Below are positions 37,371 through 50,700 of a stretch of 64,000 nucleotides of DNA, in pieces. The notes beneath the pieces are model-generated. The model was not told the DNA's origin, searched no databases, and saw only the letters and a program-made list of their open reading frames with translations. Position numbers and translations under genes: made by a program. The DNA lies in NCBI RefSeq assembly GCF_021869535.1, contig NW_026262745.1:23002001-23066000 (forward strand), given 5' to 3'. The number at the start of each line of letters is the position of its first letter. The stretch's first letter is position 1. Source of the stretch: Mytilus californianus. Its lineage: Eukaryota.

Positions 37371-40091
37371 GTATTCGCCAAAACACTCTTTACTTTTGAA
37401 ATGTTTTGGTTTTGAAGCAATGACATGATGGTACAAAAGAACTCCTTATAAGGATAATCCCAAAAGTCACATGATTTGAAAACATGCAAAGACCCTATTA
37501 TTATTTTACATCACCAAAACGAAAATGTATGTATCAACAACATATCAATTTTAATGAAAAATATATGGATTTGTAATTCGAGATTTGATTTGATGACAAA
37601 TCTAAGAACGTTTTTGGGCGATTTTATGTGCCTACTTGTTTACACATATTCACTAATTAAAAAAGAATTATTTTTTTAAATTTTCAGTTCTAGTTCAACA
37701 AGCTAAAGTTGTATGCAACATTTTACCAAAATATGTGACATAGTCCATTTGCTGTACCTTGACCTTAATCGGCATTACTGTAAACAATTATTACTAAGCT
37801 AAAAACAAATTTAATACACTACGAATATTTTACATTGATAACGCTGAGGAGAGAGTTGTCATTAGACATAAACTCCATACGGTACGTAGACCAACCTTTA
37901 TCATTGACCTGTAGCTAACGGTTCGTTAATGACATGAATCAAATTATACAGCTTGACTGGTCATTATTAGTACATTAATTATGTAATTTCGCTAAAACTA
38001 AAGTTGCAGCTCTATTAGAAGTTGATCTAAAAAATTTTGTCTGCTCTGTTCAGAATCAGAAATTAAAACTGCCACCAAAAAAGAGGGTACTTCGGATAGG
38101 GTAAGCTTTTGCTTTATTTTACAATAAGTCACCAACGTAACCCTAAAAGAGCAATTCTTGATTGGAGATTTTACATCTGATGCCTTGTATAGGGAGAGAG
38201 TCACGTTCTCTACACTTTAAAGAACCCTTAAAATCGTCCTACATCAGTTTCAACGTCCCTATTTCAAAAAGTCACAAAGTTGCGTATTTTTGTATGTCTT
38301 GCTGGCAAACGGACGTCCCCTTATTATGGGATTTGCCGCTGGACGAGAGAAATCCAGGCCACCGTTTCACAAAGCCTTCTTAACTTACGATCACCGTATC
38401 ATTTTACGACCCGTTTACGTGTGGTTCTACGTTCCCGTTACGTGTGTTTCACAAAGGCATCGTAAAGGACTACTAAGTTGATCGCAAGTTACGCACTGTG
38501 TATCATCGTAAGTGTATCGTAAAACGGAACTCTAGCTGTAAACAGGAGGTGTGAATCGTAGTTTATTTACATCGGAATATGGCACACTCTTCTTTCACAG
38601 ATCGACGAGTCGAGCATGCCGATGAGAGCGGACGTGAAAATGTTTGCAGAGAGAATCCTTCAACATCATTGAAATTGTTTTGCTAAATTGGTTTCATGGA
38701 TAAATATTGTTATCCTTACATCTTATATTTTATGTTTTGAATTATATTTTTTTGTTGAGGAATTTTCTGCAGATATTTTCAGGTTTGTTTGATACATGTG
38801 GTTAGATGGAATCCATTAGTAGTTTCCATGTGGGAAACTATCAGACCAATCTATTTGATGTCTGAGAGTTTTAGCTGTTGTTCCCCTAATGGATGGGTAG
38901 TTTCTTTCCGAGATGCTTTATTGTAGGATTTTCGGCTTTCCTCTACCGGGAATACAGCTGGGCATTTAGCGGTATCGGTTTGGAATCCAAGTATGTCCTT
39001 TCAGGTTTCTCGTTCGTTGCCTTGGCATTTGTGCGGCATCCGGGGTGACCTTATCCATTATTTTGTATATAATTGTTTTTATATTTTGAATTTTTATATT
39101 TGTAAGGACGAGCGAATCAGGTGAGTGGGTGTGTTCGAATGTTTTCATTTGTAGACGAAACACAAGCCTTGTATCTTTGATGGGTTACTTCCTTTAATAT
39201 TCAATAATACTTTTTTTCCTTGTATCGGAAATTTGAAATAATAGGAGAGTGACGAGACGTGTTTATATCTGATCAAAGGATTAAACGAATTTTTTAACAA
39301 TTATTTGATAATGTCTAAAGTTATTATAGTACTGCAATTTTAGAGGAGATATGATTGATTGATTGCTGTTTTCTGAACGTACAGTGGCAAATATTTCATG
39401 CAGATTTATGACCAAGAGAAGAATTTTTAAACAAGAAATAAGAAGTTGCATGCGTTTTCGTTGAAAAAGAATTAAAAGAAAGTCCAATAAAAATAAACAA
39501 AACCAGTGTATATAATGTGCGAATCCTGAAATACCATTTTCACTGTATCCGTTAGGAATTTCTAATGTAGAATGTTAAATAAACAGACGACAAATTCATG
39601 ATTTTTGAATAGAATAAGAAATAAGATATAATGTGTACTGTTTTTATAAATTCATGATATAGGTATGAGATGCGGACGGGTTTTCATCGCGCCTACAGCC
39701 ATTTAGGTGTAAAATTGATACACAAATAGATAAATATTAAGAATAGTTCACGAACAGAGCGTGCAAGAGATTTAAAAGCAGCAGTTAAGTTTCATTTGCA
39801 GAAAAAATGTACCTTTTAACATAGTTATTAATGTTGTATAACTTAAAACAGGTTTTGTTATTCAGCTTGTTATTGAATTAAATTCCACTATGCTGTATTC
39901 GTTATGCGATTCATGTTTACTGTCGAATAATGATACTAGACTTTCATTTTCACTGTAGGAGCGATTCATTTCTATTGTACATGCGATGCATTTTCACGGA
40001 AGGAAATTAATTAATTTTCATCATATAACGTCTTACATGTAATTCAGCCGACTCTCTAACAAAATTTATGAAGTCAGAAGGATTGATTATA

Positions 40092-40745
40092 TGTGACCCG
40101 CCACGACATTTCCAGGCTTATGGAGGTAGAACATCATTGTGAGAAAAACGCCGTTAACTATATGTGACTAGCCACTTCCAGGCTTATGATGGTACATTGT
40201 CTAAACTTTGCTTTTTGTATATTTATCTAGAGCATTCTGAAGCAAAAAAAAAAAACTCTGTCATGTTATTATGACCTATTTTTTTGTAATAACAATGAAA
40301 CAAGTCATTTCGAATACCGACATGATAATGAGACTGTTTGATGACGAATTTTTCATTATCGAAGACACTAATTTATAAAATACAAAATTGTTGTATTCTA
40401 TTGGCGCTTAGCTATCTTCAACAGCGTATTTGAATAAAAATTTCAAACGAATTAAATTTACAACATTACAAACAGTTCTTAGCTCTATTTTAGAAAATGT
40501 AATTTAAACTTGTTAAAATGAAGTTAGTATAAAATTTGTCAAAGAAAGCTTTTAGAACTCCTTTTTTTTTTAATTTGTCTTTTAACTTAGATTTATGATG
40601 CATGTCTCCATACATAGTATGCGACGCGTAGCAGTTTATAAGTAATTGTTCTCATATATGCGTTTGATACAGTGCATTTATTATGGATATATTTTAGACT
40701 CCATTTATGAAAATCTATAGATCAGAGAATTTTGATTTTTTGTAT
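40092..40745. mobile_element. Truncated copy of the TGT..ACA MITE
   Basis: tgtgacccgccacgacatttccaggcttatggaggtagaac.. is collinear with the 24894 copy, but has a single internal unit and no right TIR. Confidence 0.75.
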
Positions 40746-41734
40746 CAATTTAAAATGTAGATTCAAATATTTATATGTCGTTGATACAGACAAAAAGATC
40801 TTATCATGTCAAAATCATGATACAACAGGAAATTTTCATATGCACGGTCTGAACACAAGCATTTACAGAATAAGATATTTCTTACTGAATAGAGAAAAAT
40901 GACCAAAAGAATTACAGAATGCAGAAATGTAAAACCCACCCACCCCTCTTTCCCCCCCTAATTCAGACCCTCATATATCATTGTGACGGAAAGTTTTGTT
41001 TGTTCTATTTAACTGTTTTTATTTTCGAAAAGAATATTTGTACAAGGTGTTGTTAATAAATGTAACGGACAATATATATACCATGCCCTCTCAGCCGACG
41101 TCGTAATTTCATTTTTAATGAAAGAAAGTATTTAAAAGCTTCTCTCCCTGTGCAATATGATTTATTAAACTCATTAGGCAGAGCAATTTTTATGACTACT
41201 TGCATAATTGTTTAATTGTATCAAATTTATATTTAATAATAAAAGTTTCAGATCTTTAATATCGAAAACGGGTTAAAATTATTTACTTGCATTAATATTG
41301 ACATAAAAACATCCAGTTCGTATTTTTTGTGTTTTTTTGTAGATCTAAGAAAAAAAGCAACTCTGTTACACTAAAACAATTTACTAATTAAAATTGTCAC
41401 ATGGTGTCTTCTTATGTCGTCTGAATTACAATGTAAGTTATTGATCTGTAATTTATATATTCGCCATCCGTAATTATTATCTAAAATGTTTATTTGGCAT
41501 GCCATACTCGATAGAAGTGCGGACGTGAAAGAAAGCACTCTTCACAAAAAACGTGAACGGAGATTACATTCCACGGAGATTACATTTCGATGATTTCGTC
41601 ATTTATAAAACATAATACGTGAATCTGAAGATAGAATTTGTATTAAAATTGAATGTTGACACCGATATCGATCTGTTGGATGTAGAATTTATTTTCAAAA
41701 TAGTTTATTTAGGATATACCATTCCACGGAGATT

Positions 41735-43490
41735 CCACAACTGGAGGAAAAACCAAAATCATTTTGGCAATAAATAAAAGGGAAAAAGACTGAAACATCA
41801 GGAGTCTCACCTTTGAGAGGTAAAGATGGATTACTTTATAGTGATCCACAAACACAATCAAATATTTTTAATGAACAATTTAAAAGTGCATTTACTAAAG
41901 AATACAAAACTTCAATGCCACATAAACCTAAAAGTCCCTACCCCACCATGCCAGATATAACCATTAATATCAATGGCATAATTAAACTCCTTAAAATATA
42001 AACCCCCATAAAGCTAGTGGGCCTGATAATATCCCTGCTATTTTCCTTAATAAACTCTCAGAAGAGATACCCCCCTTCCTTTTATTCTTTTTTTCAAAAA
42101 TCCATAAATGATGGAAAAATCCCAGAAGAGTGGAAACAGGCCAATGTTGTGCCAATTTTTAAAAAGGGAGATAAGCATAATGCAATTAACTATAGACCGG
42201 TTTCTTTAACGGCTATATGTTGTAAGGTTTTAGAACACGTCTTAACAAGTAACATTAGAAAACATTTAGATTTAAATAATATTTTAAATGATTGCCAACA
42301 TGGCTTTAGGAGTAAACGTTCCTGTGAAGCACAACTTGTTATCAGCATCCGGGACATACTAGTAGCCAAATACTTGGCAGAAGGTAATCAAGTTGATGCA
42401 ATACTTTTAGATTTTTCTAAAGCTTTTGATATGGTCCCCCATGAAAGGTTAATAACAAAGCTTAATTATTATGGTATACGTGAAAATAACTTACTTTGGA
42501 TAACAATTTTTTTTTGTCAAACAGGCAACAGCAAGTCCTGCTTAACGGTGTTCAATCTTCCAAATTAGCTGTTGACTCGGGTGTTCCTCAGGGCACAGTA
42601 TTAGGCCCAACTTTATTTTTGTTATTCATAAACGACCTACCTGAGCATGTCTCCTGTAAGGTTCGTCTTTTTGCTGACGACTGTTTACTTTAAGAAACAT
42701 CAAATAATATAAATGAGTCTCAAGCACTCCAAAAAAAATCTATCAAGCCTTGAAAATTGGGAATCTGAATGGCAAATGAAATTTAATCCTGAAAAATGCT
42801 ATGTCATAAATATATCTAAAAAGTCGAAAACTAATTTATTTCAATATAAATTACATAACCATGTACTTGAATCTGTCAAAGACAGCAAGTATCTAGGAGT
42901 TACAATAAGCAATGATCTTGATTGGGGGCCCCATATTAATAATATAACTTCAAAGGCAAATAAAACACTAGGATTTTACGTAGAAACATGAAAAATTGTT
43001 AAAAACCTTACGTACACATCACTTGTGCGTCCGACCGTCGAGTACTCCTCACCAGTTTGGGATCCGTACAAACAAAGCCAAATAAACCAAATTGAGCAGA
43101 TACAGCGTAAGGCAGCAATATATGTTTTTAATGACTATAACGATAGATCACCAGGTGCTGTCACTGGTATGTTAAACAAACTAAAATGGGAAAACTTGCA
43201 ATCCCGTAGAACAAAAGCTAAGCTTGTCTTGATTTATGAGATTAATGGGGGGTTGGTCGAAGTCACTAATGACGTCCTGACACAATCTGACAGGCGAACT
43301 AGAGGCCTACATAAATTTCGACATATATATACAAATAAAGACTTTTTTAAATCATCTTTTTTCCCAAGTACTATTGCTGTCTGGAACGATCTCCCAGAAA
43401 CAATTTGCATGTCACCCTCCCTAGAATCCTTCAAAGGTGGTATCTCCACCTTAACATTTGGAGGTTCTAGTATGGCTAATTAATTAGTGT
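41735..43490 (+). pseudogene. 5'-truncated CR1-group LINE, RT region with frameshifts
   Basis: [59 protein letters not shown] and EYSSPVWDP are spread over several frames. Confidence 0.9.
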
Positions 43491-44109
43491 AATTAAGCCA
43501 CTGTACATAATGTGAATATGTTTAACATTAAGCTACAACTAATGTTATTTTAAATTGTAATTGAACTGTGGCAAATATTTTTATCTTATAACAAAATTTT
43601 CGACATCCATTTGCATGTACATAGCGCCACAGTTCCGGGATATTACACACTCCGGCACCGGAGTCTTTCCCGTACCAGGAAGAAGAAGTACATGCTTAAC
43701 AAATTTCTGCAGTTTTCAACTTTGTTTAGTTTTCAAGACTGATATGATTTGGAATAAATGACGATTTAACAAAATTATTTATGGTAACGTTATAAACAAA
43801 ATTATTTATGGTAACCTTATAATCAAATTTAACTCATATCACACTCTATGTTGTGCTAAATATTTAGTCTTGCTTGGTCTTCTATCCGTTAACGGGAATT
43901 ACAGGTTTACGAAGAAAACATTATGACGGCCGGTACGATCACTATCGTTGTGCAATATGTACTAAACTTTATAAAAATAAAAAATATAGATAATAAAGAA
44001 ATATAAAAATCTCAGATTTAATTATAACAAGCTACGGGTATATAACTCGAAGTCGTTAGTTTTGCTTTGTTACGGTGGGACAAATCAGCGTCATAAAATG
44101 GGCGCTTTA

Positions 44110-44366
44110 CCGGAGAACCAGTGAGTAGCGCAAAGCTAACAAAACCTGCGTTTCAGGAGTAAGTGCATGGGACCTATTTGTATCATGTTTTATATCTGGT
44201 TCTATTGCCAATGTGATTTCATTGATACTGTGTCTATCCAGTCTGTATCTGGATATAATATCCTTTTCATTTTCAAAATGATCAAACGAAGAAAGTGTGG
44301 TTCTAATATTGAAGATTCTTCTTCGTCTTCTAACATTTGCGGCATCTTGATCGAGAATAAAGCCAT
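44110..44366 (-). pseudogene. Harbinger transposase N-terminal/HTH relic
   Basis: Reads RRRRRIFNIR..FDHFENEKELY, then after a frameshift SRYRLDRHSINEITLAIEPDIKHDTNRSHALTPETQVLLALRY, the HARBI1-type HTH pattern. Confidence 0.75.
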
Positions 44367-44756
44367 CTTAGATATGGTTTAATTCATATTTGCGGAAATA
44401 TACGACTGGGTATAGCTGTAGTAAGTTACGCCAGGATTTACGTATTATTTACGCTCATCTTAACTTACGACGGCTTTGTGAAACGGCTGTAAAACCTACG
44501 ATTTATTTACGATGAACGTACGATGACACGTAAGACTTACGAAGGCTTTGTGAAACGGTACCCAGGCTGCTATACATATATATTTTTAACACGATCAACC
44601 GATGGGGTGAAAATTCAATAATCATCTTACATTGCTTGTTATAAATTCAAACCCAGTAACTTTAATTCAAAGTTTATAAGTTTGATTTAATCGCTAATAA
44701 TCAAATTGCATTGCTTGAGTTCTGCTTTAGGTCTTTTATTCTATTGTAGAACCATT

Positions 44757-47700
44757 ATGTTACTAGTCTTACTGGCACTGGTTTTTGGTGTTAATTGCAT
44801 TCTTGGATACACGGAAAATGAACGGAAACAGTTTTTGATGGCGGGATTGTCTGATATTCAACGAGAAACAATTGACGGAACAGTAACAGTTGAGAGTGGA
44901 ACCATCCCAACATGGTTAAATGGTAGAAAAGCTTTCACACAACATTATCAAATATCTAGAATTTTACAATAAGCATGCTGACCATTTCCCTGAAATTAAT
45001 GGCATACTTAATTTGCATAAGGCATACTTCCATGTGATAGTTTAGAAAACAAAATGAATATATTCACTTGGAATGTAAAGAAAATAACGAAAAAACTATT
45101 TTATGCAATTTCTTCGAAATAATGACACTTAGACTTATAATGTCGATGAAGAAAAAACCTTCCTAAACACAGTTTTATTTCTGATAAAATTTTCTGACGT
45201 GAAAAAAGCAGCATCTAGTTAATTCTTAGTAGATAGGTCCATAATTTATTTTAAAACTGCAGTTTGACAAAAATGCAATGCAATGGTGACGCCTAGATCT
45301 CTATTTTTGATTGACTTCTAATTCTACTGTTGAGTTTCTATCTCTATGAAGTTTACCTATTTTAAAGCACATAGTCGATATTATAAAGCATAATTCTTAT
45401 GAGAAACATGAAATTATTTAGACACCCCTCCCCCCTTTCCAAAAAAATAAGATAAATATTGCGCTACAATGTAACATTCAAGCTTTTAAAATATTAGCAG
45501 AAAGTATGTCATGTATATAATTATTAAGTGGTGTATTATTATTATCTGATGTATTTTTTTTCTTTCAAAAAGGTAATTTTATGCGACATTCCTGTGGTGT
45601 CTTTGGTGAAACTGATCATTTGGATAGCAACGAACCCAACTATATCAGCCATCTTTTCGATTGCATTGAAATTGGTTCAAAGTTCAAATTAGAAAATGGA
45701 CAAGTGACGTTTACAAATAGGTATGAAATATAATCATTCAGTATCTAAACCAAACTTTACCTCTACTTTTTCTTGATTGAACACACGATAAAAAAGACAT
45801 ACAAGATACATTTTGTTTTTGTAAAAAACAGGCAATCAAAGCTCTTTATTTAAAGGAGAACCGCCAAGATCATCACAAAAGAACGAATACGAACAAGAAA
45901 AACAGTTAACAAAGCAAAACGCAGAAAACTAAAGTTTGAGCAACTGGAACCTGTATGCATTTCCTGCTCCATATGTGACAACCGTCGTAAACAAAATGTC
46001 GAAAAATCAAAGTAAACATACGCTACTACTTTCATTTTTACTAGGCTAGTTTTTTTACAGTGTAAAATTAAAATTGAAAAGAATTTTATACCTGCAAAAA
46101 GTTTTGTCACGAAAGCCTTACTTATAAGCAGGATCTTCCTCTTGGATCGTGCTACAAACGATACTATTTGATTTTAACGAAAGAAATCTCTGTATTACTG
46201 AAAAATTATATATTACACTAGGGTTTTCGATAACACAAACTTGTCAAAACATTTACTAAATTTTATCATCGGTACAAAGACATCATTCGTAAATATAAAT
46301 CAACGTGCAGACATCTTATACGTTCAGGTATTTCACATCCCATCTTTTATGGTAATATTCTATACAAAGCACAAAAATGTCGTCATTCACCTCAAAGGCT
46401 AACCAAACCTTTAAACAGACTTATTCTGAAGGGATATAGCTACGATACTGTTGTCAGGTCATTAAAGATGGCATTTTTTGGAATTAATATTGATTCACTC
46501 ATAGGGTCTTTGCATCGGAAATAAAACACATATATTCTAAAACCAGTTGTTGGCATGAAACGGGTTATGTTCTTCTCGTATATTTTATGATGGTATGGTA
46601 CTAAACCTCTAACGGGAGGGATTATGCTTGATTTTCATATGATGAATCAGTTTAATTGAGGTCTGGAGCTGGAATGTCAGTAACTGCTAATAGTCCTTTG
46701 TTAATTCATGTTGATCATTGTCATTTTGCTTAGTTTCTTCTGTTACAAGGACTTCTTTTAAACTGAGTTTTACTGTGCGTATTGCTGTGTGTTTGTTTAT
46801 TCTACATTGGCTAGATGTATAGGTGGAGGGTTGAGATCTCACAAAACATGTTTAACCCCGCCTCATTTTTGCGCATGTCCCTTTGTTAGTCTTGCATATT
46901 TTTTCTAAATTTTTGGTTCATTTATATGTTTCGGAGTTTAGTGTGACGTCCATTTTCTCTGAACCAGTATATATTTTTGTTTAGGGGCCAGTTAAAGCCC
47001 GCCTCCGGATGCGGGAATTTCTTGCTGTGTAGGAGACCCATTGGTGGCCTTGAGCTGGTTTCTGCTCTTTGGTCAAGTTGTTGTCTCTTTAGCACATTCC
47101 CCGTTTCCATTTTCAAGTTTATTTTCATACTACTGGATTTATTTTATAACATGATGGTGAACTGAACAACGTTCACTCAAGTTATCTATCCTATTTGTTG
47201 ATTAACACTAATACTCCAGTTACGAGAATAAAAAAATGAATGAGAATTTTATTTTTGTATATTCTCACGTATTCTCAAATGAAACGAATTATACAAAAAG
47301 CTTTAAAAAGCTTTTAAGGTACACAAATATCAATTTGACCCAAATGCTATAAAAAAGTTTAGGAGGAATGTCTGACAAGCACCAGAGCCACATGACAAAT
47401 TGTAAATCGACCTTAGTCATCTGGAATCAACATTAAAATTTCGACAACATACAAGAAAGAAAAATTATATAAGAGCAAAATCCATTGACCAGATTGCCAT
47501 AGAAACAATTGGTGGGGTTAAAAAGCTTAAAAAAATCAATCTATTATAATTAACAATTATCTTGTCCCCAATTGTTTCATAATTTTTGAGATTGCATCTC
47601 CCGGTCTGATTATATTCGACTTCTAATGTATCTATAATCTGTGGTGACAAACAAAAACTTTCGTATAGGAGAAAACAAGCAAATAAAATAATAATAATAA

Positions 47701-50700
47701 TAAAAAAATACAGAATAATGAAAAAAATAAATAATTTAATACTGCAGTGAAAACCATAAATTCAATCTATCCAAACAATCAAAATGTGACAACAAAATAT
47801 AACATGGATACAAGGTATCTCTTTAAAATGGGAAAATAGAGATGCATGATCGAGTGGATGTAGATAATGTTAGTTACAGCAAGTTTAAAGGAATTTTGCA
47901 TTTATGCTCTAAAATTCAAAACTTGTCTTTTACATAGATGGTATGACACCCAGTCAAACGAATTTTTCAATCGTTATGGGAGGAACATGAACAAGTCTAG
48001 TGTTTTTATGGCCGGAACGTACAGCAAGGCAGTAAGTTTCATTTTTTAAGACTCGAAAGACCGGTCTTCGCATACACTATGAAGAAATATTCATCTAGAT
48101 GTAACCAACTGATTGGGCAAATTTACAGTATTTCTACAAAATAAGCAGATGCATATAACGAATCATCTAGCACAGGAATATTTATCCAAAATAAACCTCC
48201 ATATCTGAAGTAAGAGTTATTTGTGCAAAATTTTATTAAGCGTATTAAATATAAAAGTGAAAGAGACGACTTGAAAACATAAGGACTCGTCAGTCTATGT
48301 ATAAAATCTTAAGAAACATTGACAGCATTCATATAATCAAAATTTAATACACAATCAATCGTAGAAATAGATTTCTGATACATCAAAATATAAAAAAACC
48401 CAACTTTTTTATAGAACCTGTCACAAGTACAGAATTTTAAACAATTTGGAAAGCAGTCAAACAAAATTGTTGAAGTTCCACATGTCAGTTGGTGGCAGAT
48501 CGGTAACCAAGCCATTGCTATGACAGAAATGCCTGTAGGTGTAGTGATTAACCCAGTAAAGGTAGAGCATAATGGTTATATAAGTTACCTAGACAATAAC
48601 TTTGGCTATGGCAAAAGTATCCAATTAACTAACAACCCGGCACATGAGCACACTGAAGCAGACGGTACATTGTGGAGCACAGTCACAGCTGTCAGATTTA
48701 CATCACAGACTAACCTGAATATTTGGTAAGTGTCGCTTATACTCGAAAGTGTCATATAGTAGCGACAGTTCAACTAACAGGGTGTTAGTAATGGCCACAA
48801 GTTGATTTCATCTGTCCGTAAATTGATTCGTCTTTTCTGTGTAACCTGAAGTATTATTGAAATTTCTTGATTGGATGAACCCTATGTACTTATGTTAAGT
48901 TGGGTCAAGGTTACTCAATTCTAACCATCTCTTAAGACAGATCATTAGCATTGCTCTTTATATGTCGAACATTGAACTGTTTGTTATTAATGACAACTGA
49001 CCGATTAAAAGAAAAATAAAACGCACCATTTAATAAAAGACTTCAAAGAGAGGTAAAGATCATATGAACTTATATGTACAAAAAAAAAAGTTTTTACTAA
49101 TGATTTTTGACCTATTTGGCCATTTTTACGAGTAAATGACAACCCTATTTAATAAAAAAAAACAAACTATTTTACTTTGAAATTCAGTCAATATGGTATT
49201 AACCATAATATTGTAAGGCTTAATTTAACTAGAACCAATGCATTCATTTTTTTTAATGAAGAACATACAATATATATAGTGGGTTTATTTATTCAACCCA
49301 CAAGTAAAATTACCTAATCGTTAAAACTGATATTAGATTTAAAATAAGTCACTTATCAGAGGTAAATGACATAACAGAGGGATTATGTTTCCTGAATATA
49401 TATTATTGGATCGTGACCGCAGTCTTAACCGCCATCATTGGACATCTTATTCAAATATGATACATTTATAATTTAACGGGTTCACTGTTGAATATCCAAG
49501 TTTATGTTTAAATACTAAAGCATGGTAGATTATTATACAAAACTGATGCACGTTGTCTATATGCTAGATAAATTCAGAAACATGTACATGAGGGTCTGGA
49601 TTGAGGTGGGTCGTCATTCCTGTATCAATTGATTTTTTAGGCCATTTTTCTTTTCTTTAATTTTTTGGTCCATTATTCTCCATTCTTTATTCTTTGCCAA
49701 ATTTCTGTATTTTATTGTTGCCCTTTATTCTGTACCTTTGGTCCATTATTCTCTATTCTTAAAACCGCATGCACGCCCTCGTACATATTTGCGGTTATTT
49801 GTGACATAAGAAAATGAGCTTAAATCTTATGCAAGAAGGTACTGCCTAATGCAACAAAATATCATCGGACGAAGTATGAAAATAAATAGATTGTTATACG
49901 TATTTTGGATAGACACAAAATGTTATCATAAAACGTTCATGCATTGCCTTTATATGTTTTTGTCGTAATTTTGAACAATTTTAACGTGCTGAATCGTTAA
50001 CAATGATAAACCTTCATTGACAATATATGTTTAGGCAAAGATTTCACAATTACAAACACGTTTTATGTTATAGGCGAATTATTTACAAAGTTGGTGCTGA
50101 TAGGATCAGACACAAAGTTGGAGAATACCATTATAACGATGCAGATTTAACAAAGTGCTCTAGAACAAAGCCATTCAACACTTACCCAGATTTAAGTTCA
50201 AGATTTGGCTATTTACACTCGTTTAGCTCGACAGAAAAATATATAATTCTCCCTGAGACGGCCTATATGCATGATCCTTGTTTTTACGGTAAGGTAACAT
50301 TTATGTAGAAAATTAAGAATACATTTACCTTGACTTAGATGATTTATACATATGAAGGATAAATCTTTATGTGTTAATTGTGTGCTCGATTCAAATAGTT
50401 GAATGATTAAATGAATTCCGAAGTTGAAGAGCACTGACACCAACAATTTAAAACATTGTGCCAAATATGGCTAAAGCAACCAATGCCTAGGGATAGAAAA
50501 CCGTAGTTTTTTTTTAACGATTTAAAAATTTTATGAACGGTAAGCTTCAGGGATAAATATGTTACATTATGTTAATGCTATTTTGTCTTGTTTTCATGTG
50601 TGCATTTTTATGTTAGTTAATGGCTCCAATAATTAATAATCACGAAGCCACAGATTGTATTCTGCAAATTCTGCTTATTAATGTTAATAAAAAAAATGTT

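Larger units (their letters stand above)
38358..44562 (-). mobile_element. Harbinger DNA transposon with CAG TSD, decayed, with nested insertions
   Basis: TIRs gccaccgtttcacaaagcc / ggctttgtgaaacggtacc. CAG is duplicated at 38355-38357 and 44563-44565. Subterminal ttacg repeats occur at both ends, and a transposase relic lies near the right end. Confidence 0.8.

Noticed and set aside
50270-50288. HDPC as the RPE65/BCO PDPC motif
   Set aside because: It lies after the second His ligand, far from the canonical N-terminal position, so it is not homologous.
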